From contig OZ024763.1 of the NCBI GenBank assembly GCA_964016885.1, positions 5,518,001-5,582,000 of the forward strand: a DNA stretch of 64,000 nucleotides, written 5' to 3'. This stretch comes from Eledone cirrhosa (taxonomy: Eukaryota). Below are positions 1 through 10,455 of this stretch, piece after piece. Each line of letters begins with the position of its first letter. Position 1 is the stretch's first letter. The position numbers and the translations under genes are program-made. A model generated the notes under the pieces. The model did no database searches. It had not been told where the DNA came from and was given only the letters and a program-made list of their open reading frames with translations.

Positions 1-1404
1 AGCAGCTAATAGTGGTATAAGCTCTCTGAACTTTTTCCAACCAGTTCTGACTCTAGCTACAGTACTTTCAGAGCACCCTCCCCCACTGCTGATTTTATCG
101 CCCAGGTAACGGAAGCTGTCCACTATTTCCATAGAACCCTCTGCGCAATTGAAAGAGAACAAGACTGTTATTGCTCCAACCAGTCTATTTACCTTTGATA
201 ACTATCCTAAATATAAATACACCTATACCATACATACATATACCATATATGTTTTTGATGCCGTGGTATAGCAGAGATAAGCAAGAAGAGAGAAGAAAAT
301 GAAAAGGAGAAAAAAAGAGAAGTAAGAAGTTGGGGGAGGGACAGACACATCACCCCAGTCTAAGTGGTCCCTCAGACGCAACCCGTGGAAGAAACGTAAA
401 AGCGTTACCTCAGAGCAAGGCCAGAGACACCTGCTACAATAGTCGCCCCTCCTCACGAGGCTTCTGCCGTATTTCCTCCCGACTTTATGGAGGAAATCAG
501 CAGTATGGAGACCAAGTATGGCAGAAGTCTCAATGGAGTGGAAGAGGTGAGTCAGGCCTCGGTACGATCTTACTCTCCTCTGCATTGCGGGGTGTGGAGC
601 CTAGGTTTGTGGCTATAGCGATATTTGAACTTTTATATGAAATTTCAATTTTATATTTTTCACATCTTAAAACTTAATCTTACTCTTTTGCAGCTCATCT
701 TGTTTCATCTCGCAGCACACGATGTGGGAACCAAGACATAAAAACTATTTCAAGGGATCGACATCTGTAAAAAGGCTGAAAAACGCTGCTCAATGTTCTT
801 TGGTTTTTGTTCACCTTTAAATAATCATGTATAAACTATCGGGTGTTATCTTACAGGGACTAGCTCCAATTGAGAGTTGTACCAATTCCCACTAAACTCA
901 AAACTCCTGGACAATATATATATATCTTTATAAGTTCCTGTGTATTGTGTCGCTGTATAATGAAAGATAAACATATACCATGCATATCAATCAGGTTGGA
1001 ACTCACTATATTTGGTGTTTTATAGATATAATTTGTTTGTTAAAATAATTGATTAAATAATAACTAAATAAAATTAATTCTACAATCCTGGGTAGGGAAT
1101 GAACTTATAACTTCATAATAGAAGCCACATATTTAAGCAGTCTTGCCAACTAAGCCACCAGGTTACTTACAGAACTTCATTCAAATATAAAGTATTTTAA
1201 TTTAAATAAATAGATACTTATTTATATGATTGTCAATATAAATGCCGCAGAACATACATGCACACATATATGAAAGCAAGCTTGTTTTGAAACCGCAATC
1301 GAAGTTTTAAACAAATTATGACTATATATCGCCAGACATAGTGAGTTCGAATCTTACTGACTAGTTGGTCATTGTCCCAGCCAACAGTTTAAATCGCCAA
1401 CTGG

Positions 1405-1571
1405 TAGGTGATATCGACTAGGTTGAGAAAACTTGGTTAAGTAGCTCCAGTTATTGCTACGTTAGACATATTCAAGACTTATCGACCCCGAATGGTAGAA
1501 AGGTAAAGAACTGGAAAAAATACTGCAAAGAATTCTATCTGATGTTCTAACAATTCTACCAAATTACCTTA
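1405..1571 (-). mobile_element. Decayed, internally deleted tRNA-derived SINE
   Basis: Minus-strand head AAGGTAATTTGGTAGAATTGTTAGAACATCAG and CCTTTC..TTCGGGGTCGATAAG segment resemble the SINE at 14715. Confidence 0.55.
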
Positions 1572-1590
1572 TATATATATATTTATATCT

Positions 1591-1790
1591 AGAGATAAAA
1601 AAAAAAAAAAAAAAGCATGAAACCCTATATGTAACCCCTGACCAGAATTGAACCCCAAACAAGGACTACCACCATCTCTGGTATCTCACACCAGACCATC
1701 AGGAATGCTACAAAAATCTGCTGAATTTAATATTTATAAGCCTACTTTCAATATTAAAGTAATTAACATGTGGTGTTGTTCATGCCTTTC
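1591..1790 (-). mobile_element. Solo (half) copy of the palindrome-forming tRNA-like element
   Basis: Aligns to the right arm of 5995-6590 (ATATTTATAAGCCTACTTTC, TGTTCATGCC); minus strand has B-box-like GGGGTTCAATTCTGG and ends (T)n-ATCTCT, like the palindrome centre. Confidence 0.6.
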
Positions 1791-2212
1791 TTAATGTTAT
1801 TGGTAAAAATTAAAGTACTCAAATATCTTTACTTATGTAATTATAAATGTTGCAGAATACACACACATATATATATGTGAAAATATTCAGGACCCCAACG
1901 GCTGTGCTAGTGCCGTTTCGACATTTATATATATATCTTTTAGTCCTAGGCTCTTTCAGTGCAGAAAGAATTCTCCAATGATCACAACCAGCTAATGGTG
2001 CTCAGTGGAAGCACTTTAGTCTAATTATAACCCCAACGATTACGATTAGCGGCGGCTTTTCCGAGTCTGTGCCAAGTGAGGTTGACTGCCATGTATATAT
2101 ATATATATATATATATATAATACATACATGCTAGAATCCCGGAGAACAATAGAAAAATGCTGAGTTCAGAGTTTAAAAAACAACAGAAAGAAGGGCATAA
2201 ATAAATATATAT

Positions 2213-2546
2213 CAGTGGTTTAAAACCTTCTCTGCACCATGCCCCACCTCAACATTTAAAATATGTTTATGTCCCCCTTTAATATAAAAACAATCCGAGT
2301 CTTGTGAAAGTGTTATTACTGCAATATAAAGTAGAAACCCTTTATTTAAACAAAGCTGCGATGCAGCGATGATCAAAGCAAACCCCAAAATGTAAACAAA
2401 CTTCTCGTAGTTGCTGCCAGATACACGATAGCATGTCTAGACGAAGTGTAACAGGTGGTTGGGTCGTATTATATCACTTTCAAATTGACCCCTATTATAT
2501 TCAAATTGTTCCCCGTGAGGTGTGCACCCCACGTTGAGAATCCCTC
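2213..2546. mobile_element. Decayed hAT/Charlie-like MITE
   Basis: Ends CAGTGGTTTAAAACC and GTTGAGAATCCCTC approximate a CAGTGGTTCTCAAC-type TIR; no convincing TSD. Confidence 0.5.
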
Positions 2547-2576
2547 TTAAATAAATATATGTGAGTGAGTTGCTAT

Positions 2577-3544
2577 GACTGCTATTTCTAGCAGGTTTAC
2601 TGCTGTCCTGTAGACGCACAAGAAAAACCGGAAGTGGTAGACATTAAAAAACTTTGGCTTAAAATCAGGCAAAAGTTTTTAAACAATAGAAAATTTAATG
2701 TAAACAAACCAGGGTGTTTTTGCCAAGAAAGATAACTCTTGTCTTACTTAATGGCAAAAATCGAGACAAAAATGTTGTGTGTGTGTCTGTGTGTTATGTA
2801 TACAAGATATAGACGCCATTTTGAAGCCCGTACGTGGTCGGTCGACTTACTCGAAATAGTAGTCAAAAAGAGGAGATTTTTTTTTCACCAGATACAAAAA
2901 GTAGGTTTATAAATATTAATTTTCACTATATTTTTAAGGTGGTCTCGTTGGCCGAGTGGTACGGTGCGTTGAGTCTGCTGAGATACTGGTTGGGGGTTCG
3001 ATTCCGGCCAACGTCTACACATAGCGGGTCTTATTAAACTTTTTCACTTTTTATTTTATCTCTTAGTATAAAAAGTGAAAAAGTTTAATAAGACCCCCTA
3101 TGTGTAGACGTTGGCCGGGATCGAGACCCCGACCAGTATCTCAGCAGACTCAACGCACCGTACCACTCGGCCAACGAGACCGCCTTAAAAATATAGTGAA
3201 AATTAATATTTATAAACCTACTTTTTGTATCGGGTGAAAAAAAATCTCCTCTCTTTGACTACTATTTCGAGTAAGTCGACCGACCACGTACGGGCTTCAA
3301 AATGGCGTCTATATCTTGTATACATAACACACAGACACACACACAACATTTTTGTCTCGATTTTTGCCATTAAGTAAGACAAGAGTTATCTTTCTTGGCA
3401 AAAACACCCTGGTTTGTTTACATTAAATTTTCTATTGTTTAAAAACTTTTGCCTGATTTTAAGCCAAAGTTTTTTAATGGCTGCCTCTTCCGGTTTTTCT
3501 TGTGCGTCTACAGGACAGCAGTAAACCTGCTAGAAATAGCAGTC
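2577..3544. repeat. ~970-bp near-perfect palindrome (arms ~478 bp, 13-nt loop 3055-3067) with two convergent tRNA-like units
   Basis: 2577-3054 is the reverse complement of 3068-3544 with few mismatches; each arm has an A box TGGCCGAGTGG, a B-box-like GGTTCGATTCC/GGTCTCGATCCC and T-runs next to the loop. Confidence 0.95.
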
Positions 3545-4490
3545 TTTGGCTACTATTTCGAGCAAGTCGACCGACAACGTAGGGGGGTTCCCATATCTTA
3601 TATACATAACACACAGACACACACACATTTATGTGTTTTATTTAAAGTTTTTCAAAACTCCTCATCGGTTTATAGTTGATTCGAACTTACAATTGGCCAT
3701 CTACAGTCTTCTTGTTGACGTCTATATCTAGTATAGTTATATATAACACACAGACACACACACATTTATGTGTTTTATTTAAAGCTTTTCAAAACTCCTC
3801 ATCGGTTTATAGTTGATTCGAACTTTCAATTGGCCATGTACAGTCTTCCTGTTGACGTCTATATCTAGTATATAAATACATAACACACAGACACACACAC
3901 ATTTATGTGTTTTATTTGGTCGTCCTTGTGAGCAAGTCGAGCGGTTACATATGGGTTCCATGTTACCTACACAAGTTCATATCTCATTGAACTAACGTTG
4001 ATTTCAACTTCGAATATTTGAACATACAATATGTAGTTACAGATGCTTCATAAATACAACTCCTGTCATTGCGCCATTCCTATACAAAGGGTGTGTTTGT
4101 GTGAGAAAGGGAGATCCGTGTTTATATCTAGTATAGTTATGCATTACACAGACACACACACAAGTATGCCTTTGATTATATTAAGACATTTTCAGACTTT
4201 TTTTGTTAACAGTTTAATGTTTATTGGAAACCACAACGTGATTGACAGTAATTCGAATATATTTGATCATATAGTATGTAGTTACTTCATAACTACAATA
4301 CCTATATACATAGGAATGCGTGAAAACGTGTGTATGTGAGATAGTTTAAAAAGGGAAATTAGTGTTTATATCTAGTATAGTTACACATAACACACACGAA
4401 TGTGCTTTTTAATATATTAAGACATTTTCAAACTTTCTTCTTAACAGTTTAGTGTTTATTCGATGCCACAACGGGATTGGCAGTACTGCA
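3545..4490 (+). repeat. Degenerate tandem repeats (~138-bp core) derived from the palindrome arm
   Basis: 3545-3630 repeats 3252-3350; two near-identical ~138-bp units at ~3600-3910; motif TATATCTAGTATAGTTA...CACACAGACAC recurs to ~4400. Confidence 0.8.
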
Positions 4491-4558
4491 CTAATGTATC
4501 GTAAATTAAATTTGCCATGCGTCATTCATATATATGTATATATATATATATATATATA

Positions 4559-4640
4559 TAACAAAGGAGTTATGGTAAGGAACTAGATGGACCATAACGC
4601 ACCAGAGTACTCAATACTTAGGGTAATAGGAGATGTGTGT
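4559..4640 (-). mobile_element. Fragment of the same (TA)n-associated repeat family
   Basis: AACAAAGGAGTTATGGTAAGGAACTAGATGGACCATAACGCACCAGAGTACTCAATACTT is a diverged reverse complement of 6942-7003 and also abuts (TA)n. Confidence 0.6.
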
Positions 4641-4876
4641 TTGTAGTAGGCTAAATATAAAGTCGGACATTTATTCACCATGCCTTCCTATTTCATATTG
4701 ACAACGTATAATAATCGGGATAATATCATAGATTTTCTACACGAACATAATGTCATCTCTATAACTACGAATTGTGAATAAACTTGTAAATGTTAATACA
4801 TTATTCGAAAAGAAAGTGTAAATCTAAAGAGGAAGTGACTATTTGGCTGCTTATAAGAAATATTGATTTCTACAAT

Positions 4877-5045
4877 AGGCACAAGGCCAGCAATTTTGGG
4901 GGGGGAGGGAAGTCGATTAAATCGATCCCAGTGCGTTACTTCAACTTTATTTTATGGACAGCTTAAAGATGAAAAGCAAAGCTAACCTCGGCGGGATTTG
5001 AACTCAGAATTTAAAGAGACGTAACTCCACGCCGCGAAGACACTA
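4877..5045 (-). mobile_element. tRNA-derived SINE, 5'-truncated (repeated in each unit)
   Basis: Minus strand TTCTGAGTTCAAATCCCGCCGAGGTTAGCTTTGCTTTTCATC ... TTGCTGGCCTTGTGCC; same family as 14715-14896. Confidence 0.75.
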
Positions 5046-5994
5046 AGGGACGTAACTCTAAGACACTAAATACATCAGAAACTTTCAACAAAATCATAAT
5101 GTAAACGTAAATCATTGAAAATATATATCTGCAGCATATGTATGATTAAAATAGATATGAGCAAATAAATTGTGAATCATTAAACTCTACTTTTGTGGCT
5201 TTATTTATATCGTGAAATGTTGTCAGACATTAAATTGTGGCTATGATTGTCTTTACATTAGAGTGTTTGATTCAAATCTTTTTGTGTGTGAGTGTTGTAG
5301 ATTTGATGCTATGGAGGTCTGTTCAGCAATAATGAAACTTTAATCGTTTTTTTTTTTAAGAACATTAACTTATTTAAAAAAATTCTTTTTAGATTATTCG
5401 TACCTCCTGAATATGGTTACTTTCGATACTGACTCCCTGCCTTGATTATTGGTTCTGGCATTGCTGTTGTGGGCGGCTTAAATTTAATCCATAAGATCAC
5501 AAGAATCTAAAAATGAAATGTTGCATACAGACAGACGTTACGTTTATCCTAGGTATTTTGACAAATGTCTCGATGTCCATTGTTTTGAAAAATAGTACAA
5601 TAAAGAAATGCCATCATCTAGTAATCCTTGATAATAATCCAGTTTCGTTGCAGCCATGGTAAATGGTAAGAAAAAACAAAAATAAAAGACACATTCAGCA
5701 GTTAATGCAGTAAAACAAACAATAAAAATATCATTACTAAATAAAAATAATTCCTTACTTTCATTCATTTGTTTTTGTTATCGTTTTTAAATATAATTAA
5801 AATTTGTTTAATAAGTTATTTTTCATTACAATTATATACATATTATAATTATATGTCTATTATATTATATAGGAATCAGGTTTATCAATTTACGAGAACG
5901 TCGCATCAAGTTCAAATCTTTCTCCCACACAATACTTAGGTATGGCAGATTTGAAGTTAGTAGAGATTATTGCAGGTAGTCAATGTAGGTTCAA

Positions 5995-6590
5995 ATAAAC
6001 CCTAGAGCTATGAATAACAAAAGCAAGTTATAATTTATCAAAGTTCCAGTGGGATGAAAGACAAGGTCGACCCCTTTGTTGCGAGACTAACAGAGACGGG
6101 AAAGCCATGAAGGCCACCACGTCAATTTCGCTTCGAAACAGAAAGTAGGTTTATATATAATAATATGTAGTCGGTTTTCAAAAGCGCCTTGGTGGCGTAG
6201 TGGTAAATATAAGAGATGGTGGGAAATTTGGCCGGGGGTTTAAGCTTGGTCCACAACTACATTTAGAGGATGTTATTAATTGTTAATATTTTTTTTATCT
6301 TATGAGACAAACAATTAAAATGTTCAGTGTAGATCTTACCCGAGATTGAACTCCAGACCAGGATCTCCACCGTCTCTGACACCACTTGGCTACCGAGACA
6401 ACTTCAAATACATACTGACAATTAATATTTATAAACCTACTTTCTATTTCAAAGCAAAAATTACGTGGTGATGTTCATGGCATTCTCCGTCTAATTCATA
6501 TTACAAAAGGGGTCAACATTGGGTTTTAATTATCTGGGGCTTTGATAAAACATAGCTCGATTCAATTTGTCATCTTTTAAGGGTTGATTT
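5995..6590. repeat. Older degenerate palindrome of the same tRNA-like family (also at about 21357-21952, 37359-37950, 53381-53972)
   Basis: Symmetric word pairs GAAAGTAGGTTTATA/TATAAACCTACTTTC, GCCATGAA/TTCATGGC, TTTATCAAAG/CTTTGATAAA and GAGCTATG/CATAGCTC around a centre near 6300; arms align to the arms of 2577-3544. Confidence 0.8.
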
Positions 6591-6711
6591 CCTTGATTTC
6601 ACAACAATCTGATCTGCCGTGCCCCTAAATATATACGTGTGTGTTGTAGAATTGATGCTACAGTGATGTGCTCAGCAAATATTTCTCCACAATTCTGTCA
6701 TCCCACAATCA

Positions 6712-6713
<2 letters not shown>

Positions 6714-6796
<83 letters not shown>
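6714..6796. repeat. (CT)n(TA)n microsatellite, representative of many (TA)n/(TG)n tracts
   Basis: Visible directly; length differs among the four units. Confidence 0.95.
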
Positions 6797-6800
<4 letters not shown>

Positions 6801-7001
6801 GGAACCAGTAAGACCCCGACAGCTGAGCTCAAGCCGTTTCGACGGCTAATTCTGGACTGAATTAAGTCCAGAATTAGCCGTCGAAACGGCTTGAGCTCAG
6901 CTGTCGGGGTCTTACTGGTTCCTACTACCCACTCTACTACCTCAAGTATTGAGTACTTTGGTGCGTTATGGTCCACCTGGTTCCTTACCACATTTCCTTC
7001 G

Positions 7002-7003
<2 letters not shown>
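6797..7003 (+). mobile_element. (TA)n-embedded insertion with a perfect 132-bp hairpin containing a hammerhead 3' half (Penelope-like relic); unit 1 only
   Basis: 63-bp arms (6796-6858 / 6865-6927), loop GAATTA; contains CGAAAC-GGCT-TGAGCTC-AGCTG-TC; tail is homologous to the reverse complement of ~4560-4625; absent from the matching TA tract in units 2-4. Confidence 0.7.
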
Positions 7004-7040
<37 letters not shown>

Positions 7041-8264
7041 GTGTGTGTGTGTGTGTGTGTGTGTGTACACATACGTGAGTAAGTGTGTGTCTGTATGATT
7101 TAAACGTACAACAACGCTATATACATCATATCTCTGTTAACAATTAAATAATTAAATAAAAGTAATTCTACAATCCCAGCTAAAGATGGAAACACACACT
7201 ACACATTATAGCAATAACCACGACATAACAGTTTCTTGTTAAATATAGCCTATTGCAATTGTTGGTAGCGCTTGAAACCCTGTCACTATGTCTCACTGCT
7301 GAATCATGAAGGACAGGTCCTCGGAAAATGTTGGGGAGGGGAAAAAAAGAGTAATATATCCAGGTTTGGTTCATCTCTCCGATTTACACGGTATATAAAT
7401 GATGTTTACCACTGTCGAGTACTTACCAGTCTTACTAAACACCGTCAGTTAGCTTTGTGCAGCGGTTAAAGAAAGTTGTGTTATTTTTTTCCCCTTCACA
7501 TACATTTTTTATACAACAGATAACAATACACACGAGAAAGAATCACACAGAATGTAAGTCTTTGAAAATAAAAATGTTATTACATTAGAACAAAATCCTA
7601 AATTATTATAGAACGTGGAATGAACGAAGCAACAAAATGAATTAATTTGAGACAAGCTGGTGATTATAAGGACAAATGACTTCATCTTCAACAGTATACA
7701 ATTGAAATTAGAAATTGATTGAAATGGAACCTTTACAGAGACATCTAGCAGTAATATTTGGAATATAAGACAAACCAAATTTTGAAGAAAAATGTCTGAT
7801 GTGTTAATATATCAAATTTAACCTGTTTACAACAAAAGTGTCAACACCAGTAAATAAAGCGGTGTCTTAATCAAACGTAGACACACGGACGAGTTACGAA
7901 TAATATAAACTTATTGATATATTTTGGGGCAATATGAGGACAGCATGACCTTCCCCGAATATAACAATATCTCTTTCAACACACGATTTCATATTTAAAA
8001 AAAAACCTTCAAAATAAATAACGCCGTTAATCTAAATTTAGTTTTATAAAAAGTAAACAATATTTGAAGAAAAACAAACAGTATTAAATGATTTGAAACA
8101 AACAGACGAAAGCAAAGACAATCACAGCCATATTTTAATGTGTGACGATAGCAGTAAACAAGGCAATGTCTTAATTAAACGTAGACACACACAGGTTACG
8201 AATATTCTAAACTTAATGTTATATTTTGGGAGGGTCATCTTGTCCTAATATTGCGAAAAAATAG

Positions 8265-8558
8265 GACCTGCGAAGATTGGAAAGAAATGAAGCCTCCATA
8301 CTTCGATGGATGTGTAATAGCAATATACGCAAATGACAAAACATTAATGAAATACGCGATAAATTAGACATAAGAGGGATCAGATGTTGTGTGCAGGAGA
8401 GGAGATTGTGTTGGTAAGGATATGTGATGCGTATAAAGGATGCCAACTGTATAAAAAGATGCAGAGTACTTAAAGTTGGTGGTAGCCATGGAGTAGGCAG
8501 GCCTAGGAAAACTTGGGATGAGGTAATAAGAGCTGACCTTTCACAATTACACCTCACA
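8265..8558 (+). mobile_element. RTE-clade LINE, 3' ORF fragment (also ~23359, ~39374, ~55396)
   Basis: Translates with stops to DLRRLERNEASILRWMCN...RRLCW*GYVMR...GVGRPRKTWDEVIRADL, the typical RTE C-terminus. Confidence 0.88.
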
Positions 8559-8810
8559 GGACCGTCACCTCTGGTGTTGTGAAGTATTACAGAAGACCCG
8601 CCCTCTATACTTAGCTGGCAACGCCATTCCCTACCATCTCTCCTCTCATAAACCTCTTTTGTACCTACGTCCCCAAGTTCCCAAAGCATATTCTCTACCC
8701 CTCCCAAGTTTCCCAACTCCTCTATAAAGTGATCCCCCACCCCTGGAGTCACACCAAAAGAGCCCAGCCCACACTGTAGTGGTCATATAGGTGTCATGAC
8801 AAAAGTGAGC

Positions 8811-9350
8811 GTCCAGTCTACACTGTAAAGTGGTCATGTAGGTGAGCAGCAAAACATACCCAGTACACACTGTAAAGTGGTCGTGTAGGCGAGCAGTAAA
8901 AAACACCCAGTACATACTGTAAAGTGGTCATGTAGGTGAGCAGCAAAACATACCCAGTACACACTGTAAAGTGGTCGTGTATGTGAGCAGTAAAAACATA
9001 CCCAGTCTACACTGTAAAGTGGTCGTGTAGTTGAGCAGTAAAACATACCCAGTACACACTGTAAAGTGGTCGTGTAGACGAGCATCAAAACATACCCAGT
9101 ACACACTGTAAAGTGGTCGTGTAGACGAGCATCAAAACATACCCAGTACACACTGTAAAGTGGTCGTGTAGACGAGCATCAAAACATACCCAGTACACAC
9201 TGTAAAGTGGTCGTGTAGGCGAGCAGCAAAACATACCCAGTCTACACTGTAAAGTGGTCGTGTAGGCGAGCAGCAAAACACACCCAGTACACACTGTAAA
9301 GTGGTCATGTAGGTGAGCAGTAAAAAACACCCAGTACATACTGTAAAGTG
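8811..9350 (+). repeat. 47-bp minisatellite (also 23905-24350, 39920-40458, 55942-56480)
   Basis: Unit CCAGTACACACTGTAAAGTGGTCGTGTAGGCGAGCAGCAAAACATAC; ~11 copies (~9 in unit 2). Confidence 0.95.
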
Positions 9351-9590
9351 GAACACGGAACTTTTCTATGGATGTCACTGGATTACTCGCCATCAGATTA
9401 CATTGAGTTCTATCTACGGTACGGACCCTACCACCAGGGGTAGACCACATAAAAAAATAAATATATCTATATATATATCTATATATATATATATATATAC
9501 TATATATCGATTCGTTTAATACATTATACAAGGGATATATAGTATGTCAACCGTTGTATTACTCTATATATCCACCCCACTATATTTCAG

Positions 9591-9730
9591 CATGGTTGGT
9601 TCAATATTTCCCCTACCCAGGGTGGTATATGCCATGGCAGAGGACCGAATCATCTTTGGTCAACTCTCAGGTGTGTCCGAAAGATTCAAGACCCCTGTTT
9701 TAGCAACACTGGTAGCTGGATTGTTTTCAG
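9591..9730 (+). CDS. SLC7/CAT cationic amino-acid transporter exon A, copy 1 (coding or pseudo-exon)
   Basis: ttcAG|...|GT; encodes (S)MVGSIFPLPRVVYAMAEDRIIFGQLSGVSERFKTPVLATLVAGLFS(G), matching the CAT motif GSxFPxPRVIYAMAEDG...TPxxAT; 140 nt, phase 2 to 1. Confidence 0.85.
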
Positions 9731-9934
9731 GTCATTCCATTTCTTTTGTTCCTTTAGGGCCATATCTGTCTGTCTGTCTGTCCGACTATTTGTTTGTCTG
9801 CTTAGATGTCCATCTGTTTGTCTCTCAGTCTATCTGATTAGCTATCTGTCTGTCTGTCTGTCTGTGTGGTTGGCTGCCTGTCTGCCTGCCTCTTTACACC
9901 ACTACAACCTTTCTCTGTGATCTTGTGGCTCTAA

Positions 9935-10050
9935 GTTCAGCACAGCATCTCTCTACTCGTCACGGTCCTTCGTCATCTCCACCATGAGCTTCAATGATCT
10001 GAGGTCATTTCTCACCACCTCCGCCCATGTTGTTCGTGGTTTACCCCCCC
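9935..10050 (-). mobile_element. RTE LINE 3'-terminal fragment
   Basis: GKPRTTWAEVVRNDLRSLKLMVEMTKDRDE(W)RDAV matches the RTE GRPRKTW...DRxxWR motif. Confidence 0.82.
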
Positions 10051-10058
10051 CCCCCATT

Positions 10059-10455
10059 CCCTGTAACATTGTGATCCCAACTTTAATACAGTTCCCCCCT
10101 TCTCTGTAACATTGTGATGCCAACGTTAATACAGTCCCCCCCCTTCTCTGTAACCTTGTGACCCCAACTTTAATACAACCCCCTTCTCTGTAACCTTGTG
10201 ACCCCAACTTTAATACAGCCCCCTTCTTTGTAACCTTGTGACCCCAACTTTAATACAACCCCCTTCTCTGTAACCTTGTGACCCCAACTTTAATACAGCC
10301 CCCTTCTCTGTAACCTTGTGACCCCAACTTTAATACAGCCCCCTTCTCTGTAACCTTGTGACCCCAACTTTAATACAATCCCCCCTTCTCTGTAACCTTG
10401 TGACCCCAACTTTAATACAGCCCCCTTCTCTGTAACCTTGTGACCCAACTTAATA
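10059..10455 (+). repeat. 40-bp minisatellite, ~10 copies, in the intron between exons A and B
   Basis: Unit CCCCTTCTCTGTAACCTTGTGACCCCAACTTTAATACAGC. Confidence 0.95.

Noticed and set aside
2938-3020. Functional tRNA gene in the palindrome arm
   Set aside because: D-arm and boxes are present, but acceptor, anticodon and T stems do not form a cloverleaf, and the B box is altered in most arms.
5393-5510. Possible extra transporter exon (LFVPPEYGYFRY*LPALIIGSGIAVVGG)
   Set aside because: In-frame stop, no donor site and no recognisable CAT similarity.
7849-8230. ~80-bp direct repeats about 300 bp apart as LTRs
   Set aside because: Short, diverged, with no TG...CA ends, PBS or internal ORF; an old local duplication.
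8219-9531. Long minus-strand ORFs (177 aa, 148 aa and others)
   Set aside because: They are antisense to the RTE relic or read through the 47-bp repeat; no domain signal.
9544-9837. 97-aa ORF as a single-exon gene
   Set aside because: Only 9591-9730 matches CAT; the rest is intron and (TCTG)n.
8811-10455. 47-bp and 40-bp arrays as CRISPR arrays
   Set aside because: Monomers are contiguous with no unique spacers, there are no cas genes and the context is eukaryotic; they are minisatellites.
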